Positions 39,307-48,845 of a stretch of 64,000 bases of DNA are shown here, piece by piece. Position 1 is the first letter of the stretch. Each line of letters begins with the position of its first letter. Below the pieces are notes generated by a model that saw only the letters and a program-made list of their open reading frames with translations, made no database searches and was not told the DNA's origin. A program made the translations under genes and the position numbers. Source of the DNA: a virus. Where the stretch lies: positions 76,866 to 140,865 of the IMG/VR virus record IMGVR_UViG_3300009183_000050; one strand, 5' to 3'.

Positions 39307-39946
39307 GATAGGGCCTTATAAAGACTGGATTGGACCATATCAGATTGCTGATATGGTTTTCTTTTGGCATAGTCGATGGCCAGCAAATTGTGAGCGTTGG
39401 GACTATCGACTTCACGATAAGTTTGGTGAATGGCTATCTAATACTTGGGTCAATGATGTTTGTGTATGGTTCGAAAGTAAACGTGAACGAAACATAAAGA
39501 TTCATATCGACAAATATGATACATGGAGTATGGATCATACACTATCGAAGATCATCGTTCCTATGTTGAAACAACTTAAAGAAACAAAACATGGTGCTCC
39601 AGGTGTTGATGATGAAGATGTGCCTGAAGAACTGAAATCAACTTCTGCTCCACCTCTAACAGAAGAACAGACTAACTGGGGTGATGTTGATAATAACCAC
39701 TTCAAGCGTTGGGACTGGGTTCTCGATGAGATGATCTGGGCTTTCACTCAAATCTCAGAAGATGCTGATGATGACTTCTATGATGCATATGAAGAAGGTG
39801 AAGAGGTCAAAGTGCATTCTTGGGAAACCGAAGAAGATGCTAGGCACCGAGGCAAGCTTAATATGGAAAAGACTAAAGCCCATAGCAACAGAATCCGCAA
39901 TGGTACCAAACTCTTCGGTAAGTATTATCAAAACCTATGGGACTGA
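39296..39946 (+). CDS. Conserved phage hypothetical protein
   Basis: DTWSMDHTL..II.PMLKQL, RWDWVLDEMIWAF, LFGKYYQNLWD. Confidence 0.8.
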   Translation: MKIEIGPYKDWIGPYQIADMVFFWHSRWPANCERWDYRLHDKFGEWLSNTWVNDVCVWFESKRERNIKIHIDKYDTWSMDHTLSKIIVPMLKQLKETKHGAPGVDDEDVPEELKSTSAPPLTEEQTNWGDVDNNHFKRWDWVLDEMIWAFTQISEDADDDFYDAYEEGEEVKVHSWETEEDARHRGKLNMEKTKAHSNRIRNGTKLFGKYYQNLWD

Positions 39947-39947
39947 T

Positions 39948-40220
39948 ATGATATCTTGTGCAAACTGCGGCTCTAAGTATGAGGCCTTCTATGAAGATAC
40001 TGAACAGGCCATGGGTTGTGCGGCCAATGTCTTTGAACGTGATGGCCAACTCTATGTTGTTGGTCATTACGGTTCAAGAATAATCGATGCAAAGCTATAC
40101 AAGATATTGACAAAAGGCTTTGTAAAGGGTATAATATGTGACGAGTGTATTCAAAAAGGTATAGATGATGACCAATTTGAACTTGTGAATGAAAACAACT
40201 ATTTTGGAATTAATTTGTGA
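39948..40220 (+). CDS. Hypothetical Cys-rich protein
   Basis: CANC...C...CDEC; start moved to the internal ATG. Confidence 0.6.
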   Translation: MISCANCGSKYEAFYEDTEQAMGCAANVFERDGQLYVVGHYGSRIIDAKLYKILTKGFVKGIICDECIQKGIDDDQFELVNENNYFGINL

Positions 40221-40231
40221 AAGGATTCGCT

Positions 40232-40435
40232 ATGCGTGGTGAATATGGGCTAAACATTCTTGAGACTGACTTCAAACAACGTGACTTTGATGGTAAGTGG
40301 GAACGTATCGCTAAGATTGTTGATTATGACAATCGATACACCTATACGACTGATTCTGGTTCGAAGGTGACTCTGATTCCAGAAAAGTGGATTACTCTCG
40401 GTGTCTATGACCTCATGATGGAGATTGTAGACTAA
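40232..40435 (+). CDS. Hypothetical protein
   Basis: Small coupled ORF with AAGGA RBS. Confidence 0.6.
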   Translation: MRGEYGLNILETDFKQRDFDGKWERIAKIVDYDNRYTYTTDSGSKVTLIPEKWITLGVYDLMMEIVD

Positions 40436-40743
40436 TGGCAAACAATATTAAACTATTGAAGATGATCACCAATGAGGAAGTTCTTGCTGAGGTCACCGAA
40501 GAAACCTCATCTACAATTTCTGTTAAGAATCCTGTTCGTGTCGTTGTAGTTCCGTCTAAGACTGATCCAAAGACACCTAATGTAGGTTATGTCCCTTGGA
40601 CAGAATTTTCTGATGAAAAAGAGTTTACAATTCACAAGGCCCATGTTATAATCATAACTAGGCCATTGCAGGAGTTTATCAACCAGTATAACTCCTTATT
40701 TGGTGGCATCATCGCCCCAACCAGTAAACTGATTGTTCCTTAA
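40435..40743 (+). CDS. Hypothetical protein (Sm-like fold) upstream of the polymerase
   Basis: IKLLKMITNEEVLAEV...NPV; usual neighbour of gp43. Confidence 0.7.
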   Translation: MANNIKLLKMITNEEVLAEVTEETSSTISVKNPVRVVVVPSKTDPKTPNVGYVPWTEFSDEKEFTIHKAHVIIITRPLQEFINQYNSLFGGIIAPTSKLIVP

Positions 40744-43292
40744 TGAAATCATTCTATACAAATGTTCAGGTCTATGGTTCTAGGATCCTGTATCGTGGTG
40801 TGAAGAACGGTCGAAAAGTCCGTGAACGGATCGACTATCACCCTACGCTATTTGTGCCTTCAAACAAGCCTACGCAATTCACGACAGTCATGGGTGAACA
40901 TGTTTCAGAGATAAAACCTGGAAACATCCGTGAGTGTCGTGATTTTGTTAAGCAGTATGACGATGTGCAAGGCTTCAAGATTTATGGTAACCAGAAGTAT
41001 GAATACACTTTCATCTCTGATGACCATCCACATGAAGTGGACTGGGACCTTGACGATATCACAACCTGTAACATAGATATCGAAGTGGGTTCTGAGAATG
41101 GTTTTCCAGAACCTGATCGAGCAGATGAACCGGTGACGGCCATTACCATGAAAATGAGTAATGGTCGTTTCATCGTGCTTGGGTGTGGCGACTTCAACAA
41201 TGTTCGTGAAGATGTGGTCTATATCAAGTGTCGTGATGAAATCGACCTGTTGAAAAGATTTGTTGATGAGTGGACAGGTAACTATCCAGATATCATCACA
41301 GGCTGGAACATCAAGCTGTTTGATATCCCTTACATGGTCAATCGTATCACTAAGCTACTTGGTGATGAAATGGCAAAGCGTCTATCGCCTTGGGGTATAT
41401 TGAATGAGCGTGAAGTAAATTTTGGTCCAGGTCGGCAGTTCAAGACCTATGCCTTACTAGGCATTGCGAGTCTCGACTATATCGATCTGTATCAACGGTA
41501 TGCTCCTGATGGTAAGTCTCAAGCCTCATACAAACTTGACAGTATCGCCAATGTTGAACTGGGTGATCGTAAGCTATCATATGAAGAATATGGTAACTTG
41601 CACAGCCTCTATCGTGATAACTATCAGTTATTCATTGAGTATAATATCAAGGACGTGGAACTGATTGAACGTCTTGATGATAAGCTGAAGTTGATTGAAC
41701 TGGCTTTGACTCTTGCGTATGATAGTAAGACAAACTATGATGATGTGTTTGCACAAGTTCGTATGTGGGATGCATTGATCTATAACCATCTTCGTGAGAA
41801 GAATGTAGTTATTCCACCTATCGTTCATCGCAGTAAGAATGCGGCCTATGTTGGCGCATATGTAAAAGATCCTATTCTTGGTATGCACAAGTGGATTGCA
41901 TCATTCGACTTGAACTCTCTCTATCCACATTTGATCATGCAGTATAATATCAGCCCTGAAACATTCTTGGAGCCTGAGAACTATGATGATGAATGTCGTT
42001 CTATTATTTCTATGGGTGTCAGCGTTGACACTCTTCTTGATCAAACTAATGACTTATCGAGACTGAGTGAATATACTATAACTCCGAACGGTCAGTTCTT
42101 TAAGATTGACAAGCAGGGCTTCTTACCTGAGATGATGGAGAGTATGTATAACGGTCGAACGGTATATAAGAAGAAGGCTATCGAGGCGAAGAAAGAGTTG
42201 GAACTTGAGAAAGATCCAACCAAACGATATGAGATTGAGAAGCGAATTGCTAGATACAACAATCTACAGTTAGCCAAGAAAGTCTGCCTGAACTCAGCTT
42301 ACGGTGCTTTGGGTAATGAGTTCTTCCGCTTCTTTGATATTCGTCATGCATCGGCTATCACTACAGCAGGTCAGCTTTCGATCCGTTGGATTGAAAACAA
42401 GATCAACGACTATATGAACAAGATTCTAAAAACGGAGAACCAAGATTATGTTATTGCGTCAGATACGGATTCAATCTATCTGTCTCTTGACCGATTGGTC
42501 AACAAAACTATTATTGAGCAGGATGTATCTGTATCAACAGAGGACGTTATCACCTTCATGGATCGTATCTGTGAAAATAAGATTCAACCTTTTATTGACA
42601 ACTCCTATTCTGAACTTGCTCGATATACTCATGCCTATCAGCAAAAAATGATGATGAAGCGTGAAGGTCTGTCTGATAAAGGTATCTGGACAGCCAAGAA
42701 ACGCTACATTCTAAGAGTGCATAACAATGAAGGTGTGCAGTATGCTGAACCACAACTGAAGGTCATGGGCCTTGAGATGATCAAGTCCTCTACACCAGCC
42801 GCCTGTAAAGAGAAACTGTGGGATGCAATCGATATCGTCTTTAACAAAGGTGAAGATGATGTTATTCAATTCATCGAAGAGTTTCGTCAAGAGTTCAAGT
42901 CTAAGAATCCGGCAGACATTGCATTCCCTCGTGGCGTCAATGGTCTATCTAAGTTCTCAGACAAGGCAAACATCTTCGGTAAAGGTTGCCCGATCCATGT
43001 TCGTGGTTCACTGATCTATAATGATCTGGTCAAGCGCAACAAACTACAGAAGAAGTATGAACTCATCAAAGAAGGTGAGAAGATTAAGTTCATCTATCTT
43101 AAAGAACCAAATACAATCCAGTCAAACATCATCGCATTTCCTAATGTGATACCACCTGAACTCAATCTGCACAAATACATCGACTTCGATATGCAGTATG
43201 AAAAGTCTTTTGTTGAACCATTGAAGATCGTATTGGATAGCATCGGTTGGAAGACGGAACATGTGAGTAGCCTAACCGACTTCTTTGCATAA
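40743..43292 (+). CDS. gp43: Family B DNA polymerase
   Basis: DIEV exonuclease motif, SFDLNSLYP, KVCLNSAYG, DTDS, KKRY; uninterrupted. Confidence 0.98.
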   Translation: MKSFYTNVQVYGSRILYRGVKNGRKVRERIDYHPTLFVPSNKPTQFTTVMGEHVSEIKPGNIRECRDFVKQYDDVQGFKIYGNQKYEYTFISDDHPHEVDWDLDDITTCNIDIEVGSENGFPEPDRADEPVTAITMKMSNGRFIVLGCGDFNNVREDVVYIKCRDEIDLLKRFVDEWTGNYPDIITGWNIKLFDIPYMVNRITKLLGDEMAKRLSPWGILNEREVNFGPGRQFKTYALLGIASLDYIDLYQRYAPDGKSQASYKLDSIANVELGDRKLSYEEYGNLHSLYRDNYQLFIEYNIKDVELIERLDDKLKLIELALTLAYDSKTNYDDVFAQVRMWDALIYNHLREKNVVIPPIVHRSKNAAYVGAYVKDPILGMHKWIASFDLNSLYPHLIMQYNISPETFLEPENYDDECRSIISMGVSVDTLLDQTNDLSRLSEYTITPNGQFFKIDKQGFLPEMMESMYNGRTVYKKKAIEAKKELELEKDPTKRYEIEKRIARYNNLQLAKKVCLNSAYGALGNEFFRFFDIRHASAITTAGQLSIRWIENKINDYMNKILKTENQDYVIASDTDSIYLSLDRLVNKTIIEQDVSVSTEDVITFMDRICENKIQPFIDNSYSELARYTHAYQQKMMMKREGLSDKGIWTAKKRYILRVHNNEGVQYAEPQLKVMGLEMIKSSTPAACKEKLWDAIDIVFNKGEDDVIQFIEEFRQEFKSKNPADIAFPRGVNGLSKFSDKANIFGKGCPIHVRGSLIYNDLVKRNKLQKKYELIKEGEKIKFIYLKEPNTIQSNIIAFPNVIPPELNLHKYIDFDMQYEKSFVEPLKIVLDSIGWKTEHVSSLTDFFA

Positions 43293-43302
43293 ATAGGTAA
43301 TC

Positions 43303-44190
43303 ATGAACATCTTAGTTTTTATAACCGGAATATCAATCTCGGTAGTTGCGGCCTATTACTCTATCATAGGCTTGACAACCATCTTTGCCGGAGCCTTCTG
43401 GGCAGTTGTTATCATGGGTTCTGTCCTAGAAGTAGGCAAACTTGTAGCCGTCTCATGGCTATATAACAACTGGCGCCATGTTCCATTCTTAATCAAATCG
43501 TATCTCATGCTCGCCATTCTCATTCTCATGCTTATCACAAGTATGGGAATCTTTGGCTTTCTATCTAAGGCCCATATCGAACAGAACCTCGCCATGAACA
43601 CTGGCGTGACTGAACAGATTGAGATTATAAATAACGATATAAAGTCAGTAGAAGGTTCTATTGCCGATCTAAACAAACAAGTTGCACAGATTGATGCGGC
43701 CATTGAAAAGATGACCGAGAAGAATCGTGCTGAGAACTCTCTGAAGGCGGCTGAACAACAGCGCAAGACGAGAGGTGATCTTATCAAACGTAAGAATGAT
43801 GAGGTCAAAAAGCTGAGTGAACTAAAGACACAGAAGATAAAGTATGAGTCTGAGTTCAAGAAGGTTGAAGCAGAGATTGGTCCTATCAAGTATGTTGCAG
43901 AACTTTTTTATGGCGGTTCTGACAGAGACATAGTTGACAAAGCCATCCGATCTGTTATAATACTACTTATATTTGTATTTGATCCTTTGGCAATCTTGTT
44001 ACTCTTGGCGTTCAATATATCGAACAGGCGAGATGATATTCCAGAGTTTCTTGATTTGAGCGAAGTAAAGGATGTTCAACGTGATGAGCCAAGAAAAAGC
44101 CGAAAGACCGTGGGGAGCATGGGAAGTAATCGAAAAAGGAAAAGGTTACAAGATAAAGAAGTTGGTGATTCAACCTTACCAATCAATTAG
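43303..44190 (+). CDS. Membrane-anchored coiled-coil protein
   Basis: Three N-terminal TM helices, ITSMGIFGFLSKAH, coiled coil, IFVFDPLA TM. Confidence 0.75.
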   Translation: MNILVFITGISISVVAAYYSIIGLTTIFAGAFWAVVIMGSVLEVGKLVAVSWLYNNWRHVPFLIKSYLMLAILILMLITSMGIFGFLSKAHIEQNLAMNTGVTEQIEIINNDIKSVEGSIADLNKQVAQIDAAIEKMTEKNRAENSLKAAEQQRKTRGDLIKRKNDEVKKLSELKTQKIKYESEFKKVEAEIGPIKYVAELFYGGSDRDIVDKAIRSVIILLIFVFDPLAILLLLAFNISNRRDDIPEFLDLSEVKDVQRDEPRKSRKTVGSMGSNRKRKRLQDKEVGDSTLPIN

Positions 44191-44428
44191 TCTACAGTAT
44201 CATAACCACAGATCAGAAGCATGGTCCATCGTAGAAGGTTTTGGAGAAGTCATATTAGGTGATAAAGTGTTTAGGGTTTCAGCAGGTGATTCCTTTGTGG
44301 TGCCTAAGAAAGCAACACATAAAATAACCGCAATATCAAAAACACCACTCATAGCAATAGAAGTCCAGTTAGGTGAGATTACCGAAGAGGGCGACATTGT
44401 AAGATTAGGTATAGGAGAACTAAAATGA
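44084..44428 (+). CDS. Cupin (type II mannose-6-phosphate isomerase C-terminal-like)
   Basis: RPWG, SLQYH.HRSE.W, IEVQ.G...E.DIVRL. Confidence 0.85.
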   Translation: MSQEKAERPWGAWEVIEKGKGYKIKKLVIQPYQSISLQYHNHRSEAWSIVEGFGEVILGDKVFRVSAGDSFVVPKKATHKITAISKTPLIAIEVQLGEITEEGDIVRLGIGELK

Positions 44429-45495
44429 ATGAACTATTTAAAAGTCTAATGAAAGAAACTGGCAATGAGTATGCGGGCATTGCTGATGATGGTATTGAAG
44501 CAGGAGATGTTACAGGTTTCATCGGAACAGGTAGCTATGCTTTCAATGCCTTGCTCTCAGGTTCAATCTATGGTGGATTACCTGGAAACAAGGTCACCGC
44601 TCTAGCAGGTGAACCATCAACTGGTAAGACATTCTATGCACTTAATATCTGTCGCCAGTTCTTGAATGAAAATCCAAAAGGATTTATCTTCTACTTCGAG
44701 TCTGAATCCGCTATCTCGAAAGAGATGTTGACAGACCGAGGAATCGATACTAAGCGACTTGCTATCATGCCAGTTGCAACTATCCAAGAGTTCCGAACTC
44801 AAGCTGTTAAAATCCTAGACAAGTATCTTGAACAGAAGGGTGATAAATTGCCTATGATGTTCATTCTCGATTCACTAGGTAACCTCTCAACAGAAAAAGA
44901 AATGACTGATATTGCGGATGGCAAAGACACCCGTGATATGACTCGTTCACAGTTGATTCGTGGTGCCTTCCGTGTTCTTACACTGAAGCTTGGTAAGGCT
45001 AATGTGCCTTTGATTGTTACCAACCATGTTTATGATGTGATTGGTTCTTATGTTCCAACCAAGAAGATGGGTGGTGGTTCCGGTCTTGAATATGCCGCAT
45101 CCACAATCATCTATCTTTCGAAGAAGAAAGACAAGGCTCTTGATGATGATGACGGTCGCACAGGTGCTGTGATTACCGCACACACTAAGAAGGCCCGTCT
45201 AACCGTCGAAGATAAGAAGGTTGAAACTTGGTTGAACTATGCTAGTGGTCTTGACCAGTATTATGGTTTGCTCGGTCTCGCAGAGCAGTTCGGTATTGCT
45301 AAGAAGGTTTCTACTCGTTATGAGTTTCCTGACGGTAGCAAGGGCTTTGAGAAAGATATCAAGAAGAACCCTGAGAAGTATTTCACTGAAGAAGTTCTTG
45401 CGGCCATCGATGCTGGTTGTAAGATCGAGTTTCTCTACGGTGGTGCACCTGAGACGGAAGATGATGATGAGGTTGAATCGGAGATCGCAGCATGA
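44425..45495 (+). CDS. uvsX: RecA-like recombinase
   Basis: AGEPSTGKT, LDSLG.L, MGGGSG..YAAS. Confidence 0.96.
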   Translation: MNELFKSLMKETGNEYAGIADDGIEAGDVTGFIGTGSYAFNALLSGSIYGGLPGNKVTALAGEPSTGKTFYALNICRQFLNENPKGFIFYFESESAISKEMLTDRGIDTKRLAIMPVATIQEFRTQAVKILDKYLEQKGDKLPMMFILDSLGNLSTEKEMTDIADGKDTRDMTRSQLIRGAFRVLTLKLGKANVPLIVTNHVYDVIGSYVPTKKMGGGSGLEYAASTIIYLSKKKDKALDDDDGRTGAVITAHTKKARLTVEDKKVETWLNYASGLDQYYGLLGLAEQFGIAKKVSTRYEFPDGSKGFEKDIKKNPEKYFTEEVLAAIDAGCKIEFLYGGAPETEDDDEVESEIAA

Positions 45496-45866
45496 TTGAG
45501 ATCGGCAAAGACTATAAATTCAGAGATGATATGATCAAGTCTGATTCTAATGATACGGTGCCCATTGAAATCTTGACACCGCCCTATAATGGTGTTATAC
45601 TAAGATTTACTAAGGTATCAGTAAAGGAACTGGAAAACGGTACAGCAGTTCTCCAGTTCGAATATGATTTATTTGATGCGGGTGAACATACTGAAACCAA
45701 ACTTCGAAGTGAAGAACGTTTTCATCGACACCTTAGCGTATTATTGAATCACTTGATTTTAGAATCCGTAGAAGGAAATGATGATGCAGATCGAGAAGAC
45801 TATTCTGAAGAATATTATGAAGAACGAACCGTTCATGCGGAAAGTTCTGCCGTTTCTAAAGGATGA
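45492..45866 (+). CDS. Hypothetical protein in the gp40 position
   Basis: Sits between uvsX and gp41. Confidence 0.6.
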   Translation: MIEIGKDYKFRDDMIKSDSNDTVPIEILTPPYNGVILRFTKVSVKELENGTAVLQFEYDLFDAGEHTETKLRSEERFHRHLSVLLNHLILESVEGNDDADREDYSEEYYEERTVHAESSAVSKG

Positions 45867-47166
45867 GTATTTCACGGTCGAAGAGGATAGAACCCTCTTC
45901 AAGGAGATGCGTAGCTTCATTCTGAAGTATAACAGCCTTCCAACCGTTGATGCTTTGTCGATTGAGATTGATAGCCTTCGCACACTGAAGGAAGATCAAG
46001 TTAAATCAATTCAACAAGTCATCAAAGAGTTGGATGCTGATAAGGTCGATACTAACATTGATTGGCTCTCGGAATCAACCGAGAAGTTCTGTCAAGAGAA
46101 GGCGATCTATAACGCAATCCTGACCTCTATTGATATCATGAACAATAAGAATAGCCCCCTTTCGAAGGGGGCTATTCCACAACTCCTATCAGATGCGCTC
46201 GGCGTATCTTTTGATCCTAATGTAGGTCATGATTATCTCGAATCTTTCGATGATCGGTTTGAATACTATCATCGAACTCAAGAGAAGATTCCTTTCGACC
46301 TAGACTTCTTCAATAAAATCACCAAGAATGGTCTACCAAAGAAAACACTGAACATAGCCTTGGCTGGTACAGGTGTTGGTAAGTCACTATTCATGTGTCA
46401 TGTGGCCGCCTCATGCCTCACTCAAGGTCGTAACGTCCTCTATATCACACTCGAACTTGCTGAAGAAGAGGTGGCTAAGCGTATCGATGCTAACTTGATG
46501 AACATCACATTTGAAGATTTGATGGCTCTTCCAAAGGACATGTATAAGAAGAAAGCGGAAAATCTTATCTCTAAGACAAATGGTAAACTGATTGTCAAAG
46601 AATATCCTACGGCTGGTGCATCAACAATTCATTTCAAGGCTTTGTTGAATGAACTGAACCTGAAGAAGTCATTCAAGCCAGATATCATCTTTATCGATTA
46701 TCTGAACATCTGCATGTCAGCAAGAGTGAAGCCAGGTGGCTCCGTCAATTCATACACTTATATCAAATCTATCGCGGAAGAACTTCGTGGTTTGGCTGTA
46801 GAGTATGAAGTGCCAGTCGTTTCGGCTACACAGACAACCAGAAGCGGCTATTCTAACTCTGATGTTGATCTAACCGATACTTCAGAGTCGTTTGGTTTGC
46901 CTGCAACAGCCGACTTTATGTTTGCCTTGATCTCTACTGAGGCTTTGCAAGATTTGAACCAGATCATGGTCAAGCAGTTGAAGAACCGATATAATGACCC
47001 TACAACCAATAGAAAGTTTGTGGTGGGTATTGACAGGGCGAAGATGAAGTTGTATGATGTAGAACAGTCAGCACAGGACGATCTTTCGGATTCTGGGCAG
47101 ACACAACACATCACATCGAATAACCGTTTTGATGGTAAAGACAAATTTAAAAAGTTGAAGGTGTAA
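45784..47166 (+). CDS. gp41: Replicative helicase (DnaB-like)
   Basis: AGTGVGKS, IFIDYLNI, SATQTTR, SESFGLPATAD, KQLKNRY. Confidence 0.97.
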   Translation: MQIEKTILKNIMKNEPFMRKVLPFLKDEYFTVEEDRTLFKEMRSFILKYNSLPTVDALSIEIDSLRTLKEDQVKSIQQVIKELDADKVDTNIDWLSESTEKFCQEKAIYNAILTSIDIMNNKNSPLSKGAIPQLLSDALGVSFDPNVGHDYLESFDDRFEYYHRTQEKIPFDLDFFNKITKNGLPKKTLNIALAGTGVGKSLFMCHVAASCLTQGRNVLYITLELAEEEVAKRIDANLMNITFEDLMALPKDMYKKKAENLISKTNGKLIVKEYPTAGASTIHFKALLNELNLKKSFKPDIIFIDYLNICMSARVKPGGSVNSYTYIKSIAEELRGLAVEYEVPVVSATQTTRSGYSNSDVDLTDTSESFGLPATADFMFALISTEALQDLNQIMVKQLKNRYNDPTTNRKFVVGIDRAKMKLYDVEQSAQDDLSDSGQTQHITSNNRFDGKDKFKKLKV

Positions 47167-47167
47167 A

Positions 47168-47404
47168 ATGAGCATGTATGATATTGTGGTTATGCAAGAC
47201 GATGGTGATTTCCTGTGGGGTGTGGTCGAGAACACGACCAGTCAGGTCATCGATACATTCTTCTTCCAAGATGATGCTGAAGCCTTCAAGAGTTGCCTAG
47301 ACAAAGGTGCAGGTTTCAACGGGTTCACACCAGCCTTCATACTGGTAAAAGCCAATGTTTTCAGTAACGTAAATGATTCATTCACTCAGCACTTCTATGC
47401 ATAG
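47168..47404 (+). CDS. Hypothetical protein
   Basis: 78 aa; GAGFNGFTPAFIL. Confidence 0.65.
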   Translation: MSMYDIVVMQDDGDFLWGVVENTTSQVIDTFFFQDDAEAFKSCLDKGAGFNGFTPAFILVKANVFSNVNDSFTQHFYA

Positions 47405-47461
47405 GATGCATAACTGATATGTTAAAATAATGGTTGCATCTCCCTCCATACCTGCTATTAT
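47396..47461 (+). promoter_or_regulatory. Promoter TTGCAT-N16-TATTAT with upstream perfect palindrome TATGCA-N5-TGCATA
   Basis: Box starts 38 bp upstream of the -35. Confidence 0.7.
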
Positions 47462-47488
47462 GTATACATGATGATTGAGGAGAGATTG

Positions 47489-47626
47489 ATGCGTTCGAGT
47501 AAAATTAAATGGGCTGAACCTTGGTTCGTTATCACCCTTTCAGAGGTTGGTAAAGAACCAGAAGTTGTCTTTACTGGCAACCTAGAGTATGCACTCGAAC
47601 TCGCTAAAGAATGGGAGACCAAATAA
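47489..47626 (+). CDS. Hypothetical 45-aa protein
   Basis: Not in the track; GAGGAG RBS; MRSSKIKWAEPWFVITL... Confidence 0.6.
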   Translation: MRSSKIKWAEPWFVITLSEVGKEPEVVFTGNLEYALELAKEWETK

Positions 47627-47841
47627 TGACCGATGAACTGATTGCACTGAAACCCTACCACTTGCTCGAAACCCTGTCACGGGCCGTATACCGTAAAGAT
47701 CAAAACTATAGTTATGCGGCTGGTGTCATGGAGTCGGTGCTGACCAATATGCTCGAAGATTTACAGCGCACCAATCCTGAGTATGCTGAGATGTATAAGA
47801 AGCGGTTGATCAATGCCGTAACCAAGTATTATGAGGTGTAA
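47626..47841 (+). CDS. Hypothetical protein
   Basis: TAATG-coupled; YSYAAGVMES. Confidence 0.65.
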   Translation: MTDELIALKPYHLLETLSRAVYRKDQNYSYAAGVMESVLTNMLEDLQRTNPEYAEMYKKRLINAVTKYYEV

Positions 47842-47842
47842 C

Positions 47843-48151
47843 ATGGTTAAAATCGTATACAATTCTTGCTACGGCGGTTTCAGTTTGTCTGATGCGGCTG
47901 TTGCTCGATATAGAGAACTGAGAAAACTGAATAGTCTAGATGATATTGATATCGGATCTAGAGGTCGAGATATTCCGCGCAATGATGTTTGTCTCGCTAA
48001 AGTTGTCGAAGAACTCGGTCGAGAAGCTGATGGTGATTGTGCTAAGTTAGAAATCTATGAGATTGCTGCTGGCACTAAGTATTATCTTGATGAATATGAT
48101 GGCATGGAACATATCATCGAGTTTGACGATTTCTTGTGGGAGACTGCATAA
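47843..48151 (+). CDS. Conserved phage hypothetical protein
   Basis: KIVYNSCYGGFSLS, VVEELG, EYDG.E. Confidence 0.75.
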   Translation: MVKIVYNSCYGGFSLSDAAVARYRELRKLNSLDDIDIGSRGRDIPRNDVCLAKVVEELGREADGDCAKLEIYEIAAGTKYYLDEYDGMEHIIEFDDFLWETA

Positions 48152-48285
48152 TGTCCGCTGAAACTCTTGATACGATTGCCGCTTTGCGTGAGGTTGGCGG
48201 CTTCTTGATTGTGTTTGTAATGCCTTACGCGGTTTCGTTTTGGGTATTTAATAAGATGTTCAGCACTGAACGTTCAAGCTGGTAA
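48151..48285 (+). CDS. Small membrane protein
   Basis: Not in the track; 44 aa with one TM helix. Confidence 0.5.
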   Translation: MSAETLDTIAALREVGGFLIVFVMPYAVSFWVFNKMFSTERSSW

Positions 48286-48299
48286 CATATATACTAAAC

Positions 48300-48376
48300 G
48301 GTCTCTTAGTTCAGCTGGATAGAACAACGGATTTCTACTCCGTATGTCGGGGGTTCGAATCCCTCAGAGATCGCCA
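48300..48376 (+). tRNA. tRNA-Arg(TCT)
   Basis: ACGGA-TTTCTAC-TCCGT; GGTTCGAATCC; CCA. Confidence 0.92.
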
Positions 48377-48381
48377 AATTC

Positions 48382-48459
48382 GCCCGTGTAGGCCAACAGG
48401 TTAGAGTCATGCGACTTAAAATCGCAACAGTGTCGGTTCGACCCCGACCACGGGCACCA
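48382..48459 (+). tRNA. tRNA-Leu(TAA), short variable loop
   Basis: TGCGA-CTTAAAA-TCGCA; CCA. Confidence 0.9.
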
Positions 48460-48464
48460 ATAAC

Positions 48465-48539
48465 GGGGGAGTAGCTTAAAGGTGAAGCTGACCGCTCATA
48501 ACGGTCCTAGTGTAGGTTCGAGTCCTACCTTCCCCACCA
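48465..48539 (+). tRNA. tRNA with CAT anticodon (Ile2 or elongator Met)
   Basis: GACCG-CTCATAA-CGGTC; the paired 1:72 argues against initiator. Confidence 0.9.
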
Positions 48540-48554
48540 CTTTGGAGATAGACG

Positions 48555-48770
48555 ATGAAGAAGAAAGCGCATATACAGAACGACGATAATGTCCTCATTA
48601 TCAAACAAGATACAGAATATGAAGAGGTTAAGGTTGAATTTATAGGTGGAGTGTGGCTTAGCCAGATGAATGGATTCAGCACCGATCCTCTTAGTGAGAT
48701 TAGCCTATCTCCGAACCAAGCTAGAGAACTTTTTCGCATTTTAGGTCAAAAATATTTAGTTAGAGGTTGA
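48555..48770 (+). CDS. Hypothetical protein
   Basis: GGAG RBS; 71 aa. Confidence 0.6.
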   Translation: MKKKAHIQNDDNVLIIKQDTEYEEVKVEFIGGVWLSQMNGFSTDPLSEISLSPNQARELFRILGQKYLVRG

Positions 48771-48825
48771 CATTCTAATATAAATAGACTATAATGACCA
48801 TACTAAGAAATTCGCTCTTTGACAA
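48767..48825 (+). promoter_or_regulatory. Nested sigma70 (TTGACA-N17-TATAAT) and late (TATAAATA) promoters followed by a boxA-like antiterminator
   Basis: -35 at 48767, TATAAATA at 48779, -10 at 48790, CGCTCTTTGACAA at 48813. Confidence 0.75.
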
Positions 48826-48845
48826 TTTAGGAAGATCAACGAAAG

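Noticed and set aside
43896-43961. A fourth boxed promoter (this one also has a 16-bp spacer)
   Set aside because: No TATGCA-N5-TGCATA-like box at the expected upstream position
38447-47166. Introns or inteins in thyX, gp43, uvsX or gp41
   Set aside because: All are continuous and of normal length, with no splice motifs
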